A stretch of 64,000 bases of DNA from Lama guanicoe (taxonomy: Eukaryota), in contig MU054187.1 in assembly GCA_013239625.1 (NCBI GenBank), positions 6,273,757-6,337,756 on the forward strand, read 5' to 3'. Made by a program: the position numbers and the translations under genes. Shown piece after piece: positions 1-11,051 of the stretch. Position 1 is the stretch's first letter, and each line of letters opens with the position of its first letter. The notes under the pieces were generated by a model that made no database searches, was not told the origin of the DNA, and saw only the letters and a list, made by a program, of their open reading frames with translations.

Positions 1-379
1 AAAGGACCCACGAGAGCAGCCTCTGTCTTTCTGTCCTCCTCTTTTCATGGAGCTGATGAGAGTCACTGTGAGACTTATCTTTGGAGGTGCTCTGCTGTCC
101 CACTGTGTCTGACAGCTCTTTCTGAATTACACAGCAGTGAATTCTTCTACAGCTGGTGGAAGTGAGGTGGGCAGAGCCATTCTGGAGAACAATTCAAAAA
201 TCGTATATTATGTCTTTTATGAACTCTTTCACATGTCCGAATGGAAACACGCATGTGTGAGGATGCCCCTGATGGCATCACTTTGGATCCCAGGGAGTTG
301 GAGACAATATAGGTGTCCATCATTTGGGGAAGAGGTAGATGAGATGTGGTAGAAGCTTCTGGGGGAAAACCATGCAGCA

Positions 380-640
380 ATGCAGCAATGGCTAGATGTA
401 ATTCCCTAGAAGGCGTGTTGAGTGAAAAAGTAAGACGTAGAACAAGATCTCTAGCGTGATATTATTTTAATAAAGTTAGAAAAAGCACACACACACTAAC
501 AACACTCTATCTTTAAGATACGGACGTTTCCAAGGCCACATTCCTGACACTTTAGATGGGTGTCTGTTGGGTGGGGAGAAAGGAAGGAGACAGGTCATGG
601 GGTCAAGGATACAGGGAAAAAAATTCAAATAAAATTAAAG
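380..640 (+). mobile_element. Very old L1 (L1ME-like) 3' fragment
   Basis: Degenerate 'gtgttgagtgaaaaagtaag...' resembling ancient L1ME 3' ends; heavily diverged, boundaries approximate. Confidence 0.35.
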
Positions 641-1569
641 AAGGGAAAGATTGCATACTGCCCAATTATAATGTGCCATGGATTGAAGAAACAGTAACTC
701 AGCTCTGGATCTACATTCCTACGTATAAAAATTCTCTCGCATCCATCTGTTTACCTCTAAAATACCATAGTTCCTGTGATAGGAGCCACTGTAGAAGTGG
801 GTGAATGCATATATAACACCACTGGCAACAATCAATCATCAAACACTCTTTAAACCGATACTACGGGTTGAATCTTGTGCTGGGTATGGTGGGGCCTGCG
901 GGAGACCTGGGGATTTTGTCCTTGTTCTTAGCCTGCAGCTTGGAAATCATATGTGAAATAATAGCGTGCAATTCAAAACAGTTTGTAATTAAGGCCCAAA
1001 CTGCGTAAGACATAGCACATGAGTTGTGGGAGACTGAAAAATAACATAAAAAGATTGTTAGTGAGACCAGTAGAAGTCGGGAGAAATTAATGCGGAAAGA
1101 AGCTTGGTACTGGGCCATGAAGGATGAGGGGCTTGGCTTGGGGGAGAGGAGGCAGACTAGGGGCCGCCCGGGGAGCAGCCAGGCCTGGCGGAGAGGCAGG
1201 TGTGAGATGTGGGATGCAGTGCACGCTGGCCCTGTGGCCTGGAAGGCTTCAATCCCCGAGAACAAGGTTTCCGCACCCACCCTCCCATCCCCGTCCTCTG
1301 GGAGCCCCAGGAAACCACTCTGTGTACTGTCTGCAGAGCCTGCTCTGGGTGCAGGCTCTTGAGAGTGAGATTTGGGATTCGGCCAGCAGGCAGCCTCTCC
1401 CACCTCGGTGCTCCCTTTCTCTTAGTTTCCGTCTTGGGGACACCTGCCCTGCTTTCTCCTTCCATGAGACAATGAGAAAGGGTCACATTTTCAAGTGACA
1501 GTCCTACCTCGGCCATGTTACACAGGCCATTCTCACGCCACTCACCTTCCCACGATCATTTTGCAAGAT

Positions 1570-1609
1570 TTTTTTTTGTGTGTATATACATTTTTATTGA
1601 AGTATAGTC
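1570..1609 (-). mobile_element. Extremely 5'-truncated L1 3'-end insertion (40 bp) with TSD
   Basis: Minus strand reads gactatacttcaataaaaa...aaaaaaaa, the same terminus as the L1 ending near 20665-20683; flanked by tgcaagat(t/c)ttttt at 1562-1575 and 1610-1623. Confidence 0.7.
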
Positions 1610-2047
1610 TGCAAGATCTTTTTAAAAATCAAAATTGTACATGCGTGAGTTTAAAGGGTCAACCAGTACTGTGAGGTTTGTTAGAAAAAAAACAAAAACC
1701 AACCCCCAAACCGGGAGTCTCGAGCCCCTTCCCCTCCACTTCTTCTTACTAGGGGCGCTCACGTGGAGCTATGTTGATAGAATCCTTTTGTGTTTATTTC
1801 TGTGTTTCTATTTAATAGGATTACATTGCCGCTTTTTAATTTTTCAGTTTCAGGCATTTAGGATTTAGCTTTCTTTCCTCTTCCTCCCTTGACACAACAA
1901 ACATTTCCCATCCCCAACTTCCCTGTGGAGTTCGTATTATAATTTTGATTAAGTGAATATTCAGAGTATGTTATTCAAAGCTGAGCCACATGCTAACTAC
2001 AATTATTTTTCCTTTTCTGAATAACTTTTGGATTTCTCTGGATCTTA

Positions 2048-2548
2048 GCTGTCCAGTGCCTCTAGCCACATGGAGCTTTGGCATTCTTGAAATGTGGCTA
2101 CTGTGCCCAAGGAATTCATTTTTAGTATTATTTCTTTTATATCCAAATTAATTCTTTTACATCTAAATTAAAAGCTGATGGCTTTCGGAAAACATTTAAG
2201 TATGTATGGAACACCTTTGGTAGGTGAATTACCTTTTCAACTGCAAGTTTAATGAAAACTAAATACAGCTGAAATCAAGTATTTCTGAGAAATTTCAGTG
2301 TGTAAACTGAAATGAGCTATGGATGCAAAATACACACTGGATCTCAAAGGCTTCATATGAAAAAGAATATAAAAATCTCAATAATTCTTATTATTTTTAT
2401 GTTGAAATAATGTTTTGGGTATATTAGCTTACATAAAATATGCTATTGAAGGGACATTAATTTCAGCTCTTTCTTTTAATGTGATTCCCCCCAAATTTAA
2501 AATCACACATGGGGTTCCCACTGTGTTTCTTCTCTAGGACACTGCTCT
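2048..2548 (+). mobile_element. hAT-Charlie1-family DNA transposon remnant (Charlie1/MER33-like)
   Basis: Degenerate terminal inverted repeats (gctgtccag ... ctaggacactgc); internal 'ggaaaacatttaagtatgtatggaac...aaaatacacactggat' resembles the Charlie1 3' region. Confidence 0.75.
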
Positions 2549-2839
2549 GGGTTATATTTGTTTTGTTTGTTTATTTATTTGGTTTTCCACACATTTGTCA
2601 ACCTCTGATCCTAGGCCAGTGTTCTAGGTCTCTCCTGAGATGAGCATTCACATACGACACCGTCTCTCCATCTTCTGGGGGATTCTGTCTGTGGACCGGC
2701 TACTGCCATTCGGAGTCGGAGATCCCTCTTCTCGACTGGCCCCGGAGTTCCCTTTATCGGTCTGCTGTGTTGGAGCCTATGTCCTGGATCTCGTATCTTC
2801 TTCCTTCTTGGCTCATCCCTTTGTTTTATGAAACATACT

Positions 2840-3455
2840 CTCCCATAATTTCCTAAGAAACAGTGTGTAGGAGGTTAATTTTTCGTATGTCTGAAAGTAA
2901 CTTCCTTCTACACCTGCCCTTGACTCATAGTTTGTCTGGGCAGATAATACGGGGATCATTTTTCAGAACCTGGAAGGCACTGCACCATTGTCTTTCAGCT
3001 CCCTGGGTTGCTGTTGAGAAATCCTAAGTCATTCAATTGCTTATCATTTGTATGTGATAGTTCTCTCAATCTCTCTTTCAGTCCTTTTCTCTTTCTCTTC
3101 TTGCAGAATCTCCTTTTTCCCACTGCTGCTGTGAAATTTCATGGTAACGAAACTGGTGTGGCCTTCAGTTCTGGGAGGTGCCCTTGAACTCCTTTGCTGG
3201 TGATTTCCTCCTCTCTGTTTTTGGTTCTTTTCCTCTGGAACCCTTTATTATTTGGATAAACTGATGGTTATTTGCCTGTACAAGTCCTCTAATTTCTGTT
3301 ATCTTTTTTCTTTTATTTTCCATCTCTGTCTTTTGCTCTCCTTTCCAAAATATTTCCTCAACTTATCTTCCAGCCCTGCTGCTGAGTTATTCATTTATAC
3401 TATCGTTGATTTAATTCCCCAAAGCTCTTTTTTGTTCTTTACTACTTTTCCTTTT
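2840..3455 (-). mobile_element. Ancient HAL1/L1ME-like LINE, part 1 (interrupted by young L1)
   Basis: 'ccattgtctttcagctcc...gttgctgttgagaaatcc' motifs typical of antisense HAL1/L1ME; sequence resumes across the TSD at 5215. Confidence 0.6.
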
Positions 3456-5214
3456 TTTATCTTTCTGTATATTTATTCATCATTTGGATTTCCTTGTTTA
3501 TGAGCTGCCTGTTTATGTATTTCCCATTTTTATACTGTTTGCCTTCTTACCGATTTTTTTAACATTTTTTATTGAGTTATAGTCATTCTACAGTGTTGTG
3601 TTAAATTCCAATGTAGAGCACAGTTTTTCACTTATACATAAACATACATACATTCATTGTCACATTCTCTTTCTCTGTTGAGCCACCACAAGATCCTGTA
3701 TATATTTCCCTGTGCTACACAGTACAATCTTTTTTTTTCTATTCTACATTTTGAAGTCCCAGTCTGTCCCTTCCACCCCTTGTCCCCCTGGCAACCACAA
3801 GTTTGTATTCTATGAGTCTGTTTTTGTTTTGTATTTATGTTTTTTTTTTTTTTAGATTCCGCACATGAGCGATCTCATATGGTATTTTTCTTTCTCTTTC
3901 TGGCTTACTTCACTTAGAATGACATTCTCCAGGAGTATCCGTGTTGCTGCAAATGGCATTATGTTGTTGGTTTTTATGGCTGGATAGTATTCCATTGTAT
4001 AAATATACCACTTCTTCTTTATCCAGTCACCTGTTGATGGACATTTAGGCTGTTTCCATGTCTTGGCTATTGTAAATAGTGCTACTATGAACATTGGGGT
4101 GCAGGTGTCATCCTAAAGTAGGGTTCCTTCTGGATATAAGCCCAGGAGTGGGATTCCTGGGTCATACGGTGAGTCTATTCCTAGTCTTTTGAGGAATCTC
4201 CATACTGTTTTCCATAGTGGCTGCACCAAACTCCATTCCCACCAGCAGTGTAGGAGGGTTCCCTTTTCTCCACAGCCTCTCCAGCATTTGTCATTTGTGG
4301 ATTTTTGAATGATGGCCATCCTGACTGGTGTGAGGTGATACTTCATTGTAGTTTTGATTTGCATTTCTCTGATAATTAGTGATATTGAGCATTTTTTCAT
4401 GTGCCTTTTGATCATTTGTATGTCTTCCTTAGGAATTGCTTGTTTAGGTCTTTTGCCCATCTTTGGATTGAGTTGTTTGGTTTTTTCTTATTAAGTCGTA
4501 TGAGCTGCTTATATATTCTGGAGATCAAGCCTTTGTCGGTTTCATTTACAAAAATTTTCTCCCATTCTGTAGGTTGTCTTTTTGTTTTACTTATGGTTTC
4601 CTTTGCTGTGCAGAAGCTTGTAAGTTTCATTAGGTCCCATTTGTTTATTCTTGCTTTTATTTCTTCTACGAGAATATTTTTGAGATATAGTATGTCAGAT
4701 AATGTTTTGCCTATATTTTCCTCTAGGAGGTTTATTGTATCTTGTCTTATGTTTAAGTCTTTGATCCATTTTGAGTTTATTTTTGTGTATGGTATAAGGG
4801 AGTGTTCTAGCTTCATTGTTTTACATACTGCTGTCCAGTTTTCCCAATACCATTTGCTGAAGAGACTATCTTTATTCCATTGTATATTCTTGCCTCCTTT
4901 GTCGAAGATGAGTTGATCAAAATGGTGAGAGTTTTTATCATAAATGGGTGTTGAATTTTATCAAAAGCTTTTTCTGCATCTATTGAGATGATCATGTGGT
5001 TTTTGTCCTTTCTCTTGTTGATGTGATGTATTACGTTGATTGATTTGCGTATGTTGAACCATCCTTGTGTCCCTGGGATGAACCCCACTTGATCATGATG
5101 TATAATCTTTTTTATGTGCTGTTGGATTCTATTTGCTAGTATTTTGGTAAGGATTTTTGCATCTATGTTCATTAGTGATATTGGTCTGTAATTCTCTTTT
5201 TTGGTGGTGTCTTT
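3456..5214 (-). mobile_element. Young lineage-specific LINE-1, 5'-truncated, internally deleted, with 3' transduction
   Basis: Minus-strand ORFs give clear L1 ORF2p ([17 protein letters not shown]...[53 protein letters not shown]). 3' UTR 3554-3851. Exact TSD tacttttcctttt at 3443-3455 and 5215-5227. Confidence 0.95.
3852..5214 (-). pseudogene. Disrupted L1 ORF2 fragment (RT N-terminal part joined to C-terminal region)
   Basis: ORF-track pieces 4813-5481, 4412-4816, 4113-4460 and 3852-4094; frameshifts plus an in-frame TAG at ~4113; FADD catalytic region absent. Confidence 0.9.
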
Positions 5215-5738
5215 TACTTTTCCTTTTAATAGCATTCTGTTCTTGTTTTGTGGGTGCGATATCTTTTCCTCTATCTCTGCTCCAAGGACAATAACGATCG
5301 TTTTGCTTTTTCCTTTTCTTTTCCTCACGTAGTCTCTGTTTCTGCTAAATCCCCTTTCATCTGTGTGTTTGGGGACAGGTCTCTTTCCTATTAGAGGCTT
5401 CCTCAGATGTCTGGGAATCCTGGATTGTTGGTGCCTGTTTACGGTAGGGGACTGAAAACTCATTGGAAGCTGTGTGCCCATGGGTGGGGTCCTGCCAAGA
5501 GGGACTTCTCTGTAGGGTGGCTGTGGGGAACGCCTACTTTCGCTCTTCCTCTAGAGCTGGTCAGATTTCTCAGAGGAGACTCTGCTCACCTCCTGCCTGG
5601 AGGGTAATGTCCTGGCTGTCAGCATTCTGGGAGCTGGACTGGGGAAGAGGGCTTGGGATTTGAACGTTCCGCAAATGTAGAGTCACCAAACGCACCTGCT
5701 TCTGTAAGGCACCGCAGACTGCTGTCGGCTGCCTCTGC
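5215..5738 (-). mobile_element. Ancient HAL1/L1ME-like LINE, part 2
   Basis: 'ttagaggctttcctcagatgtctgggaatcc' HAL1-like motif; joins 2840-3455 seamlessly when the L1 and one TSD copy are removed. Confidence 0.55.
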
Positions 5739-6312
5739 CTGTTAGCTATTTCTGTTTAACCAACTACCTCAAAACTTTGTGGCTTAGAGTAACCATTGCA
5801 GTTTGTTCATCATTTTTGGGGTTGGGAATTTGTTGGCTTGGCTGGATGGTGTATCTCTGATCACATGGCCTCAGTTGGTTCAGCTTGGATGGAAGATCTC
5901 CTTCTGTGGTGGCTTCTACTCCCATGGCATGGCCTGTCTCCCCCTCCCTTCCCACCCGCCTACCCCCCAACCCCCCGTGGTATCTCACTCTCCAGGGCCT
6001 TTCTGTGTGGCTTGGGCTTCTCACAGTGTAGGCGTCTCAGGGTGGCCACACCTTTACCTGGCTGCTGACTTCCAATAGTCAGTAAGCAGAAGCTGCCAGA
6101 CCAGTTGAGGGCTGTGCTCAGAGCCGGCACAGTGTCACTTCCAGCACATTCTATCGGTCAGAGTAGTCTTAGTCTCTCTGCTACCGTGATCCATGACGAT
6201 TCAAGGATGTGAAGAAATAGACTCCTCATCTTGATGACAGAGGAAGGTCACATTGCAAAAGAGCACATGAGCTGGGAGATTTCCAATCTTTGGAAAATTT
6301 ACTCAGCCCCCC
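5739..6312 (-). mobile_element. MaLR solo LTR (old MLT1, H/I-like)
   Basis: 'tgttagctatttctg...aaaactttgtggcttag', 'gtgtcacttccagcacattctatcggtc' and 'ggtcacattgcaaaagagcac' are MLT1 hallmarks in reverse orientation. Confidence 0.75.
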
Positions 6313-7019
6313 ACCCAGCCCAGGTTAAAGCTGATTAAAAAAGGAAATTCTAGGAGCATGATTTTCACTGACAGGAAGACTTATCAATTGTTTCCTCTTT
6401 ATAGCTATTCTCCATTATGTCCTTTCAAGGTTGTCCAAAATCTAAATTAAAGATTGTGCTAAGCTTACCCCCTGTTTTTGGAATAAGTTTATTTCATAGA
6501 TAAATACTTGCTCCAAGTCTTCAAAAATGTCTTCTTTCTGTTTGTGTCCTAAATATTTTCATATGTTCTGTGACATTTATTTAATTTTTTTCGATTTGCT
6601 TTTCCCTTTGGAAGGTGATCTACATTTATTCATTTTGGAGATTTCCTTTTCTCTTAGTCCCAGAGGGGGAATTTTAGGTTTTTATTTATTTGGTGGTTTT
6701 AATTCCTTTGCTTAGGGGTCCATTTAGCTGGGAAAAGTTGATAGCAAACTACTGGGAAGGCATTTTTGCCTCAGGAATTCACTACTTTTTTCAAATAGCT
6801 CCTCTGAGCCTCTTGTGGGGAAGGTGCTGACAGGGGCTGTCCCCGGGTCCCTCCTGGGTGGCCAGCAGTTCTGTGTTAGACACAGATGTGGTTGCCAAAC
6901 TGCTCTCATTTGCTTCCGACCAACTGTCCCACCATCCCCTCTGCTTCCAGGTAAACTTTGAGAATTTCCCAAGTCTTTGGGGGAAATTTCACCTGCTTGC
7001 TACCCACACGGTCTTTCTT

Positions 7020-7235
7020 TGTCAGCGATGAATAGCGCTTATCCGCATTTGGCCTGCCACTTCCACCTGCACTCAATCATGCCAGTGTCTCCGAAGTTTC
7101 TAGCTCCTTGATACCATTCCTCTTTATTTTATATGTATGTCCCAGACTTTCTCCCTGCTTGACATCACTCTGTGATCTTTCAGTAGGATTTGGGAAGGGA
7201 GGGGGTGTTAAACATGTCAGTTCAAATTGCCACCT
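7020..7235 (-). mobile_element. HAL1/L1ME-like 5'-end fragment
   Basis: 'ttcagtaggatttgggaagggagggggtgttaaacatg' resembles the antisense 5' end of this family. Confidence 0.35.
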
Positions 7236-7517
7236 GCAAGTCTTACTGGTTAGTAACTAAACAAATATAGGCAAGGCAGTAGGAGGGACTCAGAATGGTA
7301 TAGCACAAAGTCAAGACCTGACGAAACACCCTGCATTTTTCCAGTACCTTGTAATGTGTTTTATTTATGGGTTCCCACAACCTAGCCTGTGTGAGAGGAG
7401 TCGGTAACATTCTCAACTCTTTGACGGTTTGGAGCACTTGGCCGTGAGGCAGTGTGCTGAGCCAGTTTTATGATGCTGAGTAAAGACGTGACGTTGAAGA
7501 AGGCTCACAGCAGCGGA

Positions 7518-7668
7518 GGGAGAGCACTGGGCTAGGAGTCCCAGCAGTGGGTGCTAGCCGCCTGGGTGCTTTGCTGCCCACCAGCCAAGTGACACTGGAC
7601 AGCTCTCAGCTTTCTTATCCGTAAAGGGAGGATGTTGAACTAGATCATCTCGAAGGTCTCTCCGGCCT
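7518..7668 (+). mobile_element. MIR/MIR3 SINE
   Basis: 'agagcactgggctaggagtc' start and 'gaactagatcatctcgaaggtc' end. Confidence 0.7.
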
Positions 7669-7764
7669 GATGACGGGCACTGAGTTTTGTGCCCAGTCGC
7701 CCTTGACCACGCGTGCCCTCTGAATGAGCATGGGTAACGGAGACCTCTCTCTGCTCATTTCTAG

Positions 7765-7942
7765 GGCAGATGTGTCCTCTCGGAGGCGATGAAAAGGACG
7801 AAAGCATCATGAGGCTAGAAGGGATGTTGCAAAGTGAGTTAGTGCAAGAACCAGGAGGACATCTGCAGCCACGGGATGCTGTCTGTCTACGCAGTCCGGG
7901 AGCGACCCTCAGAGGCAGCACGCCCAGTGTTGCTTTGGGACT
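7765..7942 (+). CDS. Candidate internal exon of an unidentified gene (alternative donor after 7833)
   Basis: Acceptor ctctctctgctcatttctag, donor gtaagt at 7943; only one frame is open (QMCPLGGDEKDESIMRLEGMLQ...SVALG). No homology recognised. Confidence 0.25.
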
Positions 7943-7959
7943 GTAAGTCGTGTGAGACA

Positions 7960-8070
7960 GACATTCAGTTCAAGTAAGTGAATATCTATTAAGGGTCCTC
8001 TGTGTGCCAGGCCACATGCTCAAAGCCTCAGACAGGAAATTAAGAACGAGTCCTGCCTTTCAGGAGCCCA
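7960..8070 (-). mobile_element. L2 3' fragment
   Basis: 'attcagttcaagtaagtgaatatctattaagggtcctctgtgtgccagg' resembles the antisense L2 tail. Confidence 0.55.
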
Positions 8071-8823
8071 TGTAGTACGTCAGGCCCAGCTGAGGAAACC
8101 GGCACTTAGAGAGGTCGGGTTTTGTGAATGAAATCACGTGACCTGAGGCAGTGATGGGGCGGGACGGGATCTGATTTCTCACCAGAGAAGGCTGTCTGGC
8201 AGCTGCCGGATCAGCCAGGCATCGTTTTCATGAGGATCGGAAGAGGAGGCTGGAGCACACCTTTTGGATGTAAACTCGGGGTTGGCACACCTGGCTGCAG
8301 GGATTCTGTCCTCACCAGTAGCCTGAACTTCTCAAGTCACAGTTAACACTTACTTCCTCTTATTCTGTTTAATTGAAAAACACACAGTCCCTGCCCTTTT
8401 TCACTTCTGGTCAGTGGCATAAGTTCCTCATTCAACACTTTGCACAGCACAGAAATACAGCCCCCCCGGGGGCAGGAGGAGCGGTGGGGGAGGAACGCAC
8501 AGAACTGCCAACCTGAGCCCTGTGAGATCTCAGGGTCAGGGACCACACGTGTTCCAGCAGCAAAGCTGGCAAAGCGTGTACTTTCTTCATCTGGAGGTGA
8601 AGCAACAGCCCTGTTTCCTCTCCTGGGCCGTAGTGAAAGCTTAATTTTTTAAAGGTCCTGCTTTCTCTTTAACTGTCACATTAACTCTTATCTCATTGTT
8701 TCAGTGGGCTTTGCATGGACATCTGTTTTAGCTTGGTACCAGGTTTGTCATGTCTTGAAAATCATTTTGTGTCCCTTTCTCAAGGCCAGAATTGTATGGT
8801 CAGTGAAGAATTGAGCATAGATA

Positions 8824-9282
8824 CTACAGTGGGCTGAATGGCGGCCCCCAAAATATCGGGGCCTCATCCCTGGGACCTGAAAGTGTTACCTTATTGTGAC
8901 TAGGCAGATGTGATTAGGCTAAGGATCTTGAGATGGGGAGATTATCCAGGACTATCCAGTTGGGCCCTAAGCACCATCAAAAGTGTCCTTGTAAGAGAGA
9001 GGCAGAGGGAGGTAGCGCACACGGACGAGGAGAAGGCCATGTGGAGATGGAGGCAGAGATTGGAGTGATGCAGCCGCAAGCAAAAGAATGCTGGTGGCCA
9101 CCAGAAGCTGGAAGAGGCCAGGCAAGGAGTCTCCTCTGGAGTCTACAGAGGGAGGGTGGCCCCATGACGCCCTGATTTCTGCCCAGGGAGACTGACACTG
9201 AGCTTCAGGCCTCCAGAACCTTGAGAGAATACATTTCTGTTGTTTGAAGCCACCAGAGCTGTGTAAGTTAGGAAAGTAACAC
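8824..9282 (+). mobile_element. MaLR solo LTR (MLT1C/D-like)
   Basis: 'gtgattaggctaaggatcttgagatggggagattatcc', 'gaggcagagattggagtgatgcagcc' and 'ccagaagctggaagaggc'; ends taacaca. Confidence 0.9.
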
Positions 9283-10919
9283 AGGGACCAAAAAAGCCTG
9301 GGCCTCTGTTGTTAGAGCAGTCTGACAAAGCCTAGGGCCCGTTCTCAGAGAATGGTTTCCCATAGTAAGGTGAAACACATAAGCCCGTGCGGGAAGCCAC
9401 ATCTATGGACATGCAGTTGTTAGGACACAAGAAAACAACTTGGTACAACTTTAAGCACATTCATCAACATGATACATTTTCAAATCTAGGCAAGTTAGAG
9501 CTGATCTCAGTTTTCAGAAACCTCAGTGTGAAGGCCACTGTTGTCCAGCCTGAATCACACACAGCGTTGCAGAGTGACCTGCGAGGGGCAGGGTTGGGGG
9601 AAGAGCTGAGATCATGTGTGACCTACTTGGGATGGAGGGTCTGGCACCCACTGTTGTTTTGAAGTAGTGATGAAAGTAAAGTGTTCCAAGATGTGGCCAA
9701 TAACTCCAGTGCAATCATGGAAATAGCTGGTGTGCTCTGGTGACCCAGTCCCAGGGACTGGTAAGGCTCTGTGGTTTGTTGCCCGTATTTGCAATCAAAA
9801 GAAATACTAACTTTCAGATGGCGCAGCTCAGGCTCAGAGGGAGAGAAGGCAGGAGAACCGGCTTGAATGGGCACCGTGAGTGTGGAGTCAGGGTCCAGGG
9901 AGGCCAAGGAGGGCCGGCCAGGTCTGTTGTAGGGGTGACACCCTGTGCAGGAGCTGGACCCCTCACATGGGCGCCCGGAGAGGCAGCAGCCCACAGGAGC
10001 AGCCCAGCGATGAAGCAGGCACTGCAGATTGGACCAGGTGTCAGGTTGACTCTGAAATATGACGGATGAACAGCCGAGGCTGGTGGTGTGACCTGCTTGC
10101 AGACACTTCATTTAGAAGTTATCCCATTGCTGGATGCTTCCTCTAATTTAGGATGATGCTGATTGTGATAAATCGTGAGTTTCTGGCAAACTCCCCCAGC
10201 CCGCTCCACTGGCTGAACAGAGAAAATGTGTAATTCTATGGGAACATTCATGCCACGAATGAGAGCTAGGATCTGGCCATAACAACAGAATGCTCAGTCA
10301 GTGAACAAAGTAATTAAATCAAGCTAATTAAATCACAATAAAAATAATTTTAATTTAATTAATTTCTCTGCACTGATTGAACATTATGCTGCAACCATGA
10401 GGCTTCCTGAACACTAATAGAATTTAGGGGCTGGGACACCGAAGTTGTGGTCACTGGTGTGCTACGTGGGTTATTGTTGAGAGAATGAAATTAAATACAT
10501 TTAATGAGATGCCGAAATGTTGATGGAGCCACGAATAGGAAATGCTTTTGGAATTAAGATAATGGGGTCTTTTCCTCTCTCAGTAGGTTTCTGTACTAAC
10601 TGGGGCAATAAATGTCAAATTTGGTAATAATTTAAAAGGTCTGGATAAATTAGATGGTGCACAATTGCTTCGTGGCATTGAGTTAGTGGGAAACTTTAGT
10701 ACTAAGGACACTCACCTGTTGTCAGCCTTACCCCCAAGTCCCTGGTACCTAGTAAAATCTCTAGAAGCATTTGAACTGGAATTCTGTGGGGTCCTCAGTC
10801 AAGGACTAAACAAGTGGCAATGGGTTTTTAACAGCAGCATGAAAGATGTAGGTGAGGCTTACAGAAGGACTTTCTGTCTGCCAATAACCAGTTACTACCT
10901 TTTTCTGGTATTTTAAAAT

Positions 10920-11051
10920 TTTTATTTATTTGTTTTTTGGGGGGTAATTAGATGTATTTATTTTATTTATTTTTAATGGAGGTACTAGGGATTGAACCCA
11001 GGACCTCGTGCATGCTAAGCATGCACTCTACCACCGAGCCATACCCTCCCC
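10920..11051 (-). mobile_element. Camelid tRNA-Ala-derived SINE (Vic-1-like)
   Basis: Minus strand GGGGAGGGTATGGCTCGGTGGTAGAGTGCATGCTTAGCATGCACGAGGTCCTGGGTTCAATCCCTAGTACCTCCA followed by an A-rich tail; Pol III A and B boxes present. Confidence 0.9.

Noticed and set aside
4401..4916. 171-aa hydrophobic plus-strand ORF as a membrane protein
   Set aside because: It is the antisense frame of A-rich L1 ORF2.
10976..11051. Functional tRNA-Ala(AGC) gene
   Set aside because: It has an A-rich tail, an altered 5' end and diverged sibling copies with TSDs, which indicate a SINE.
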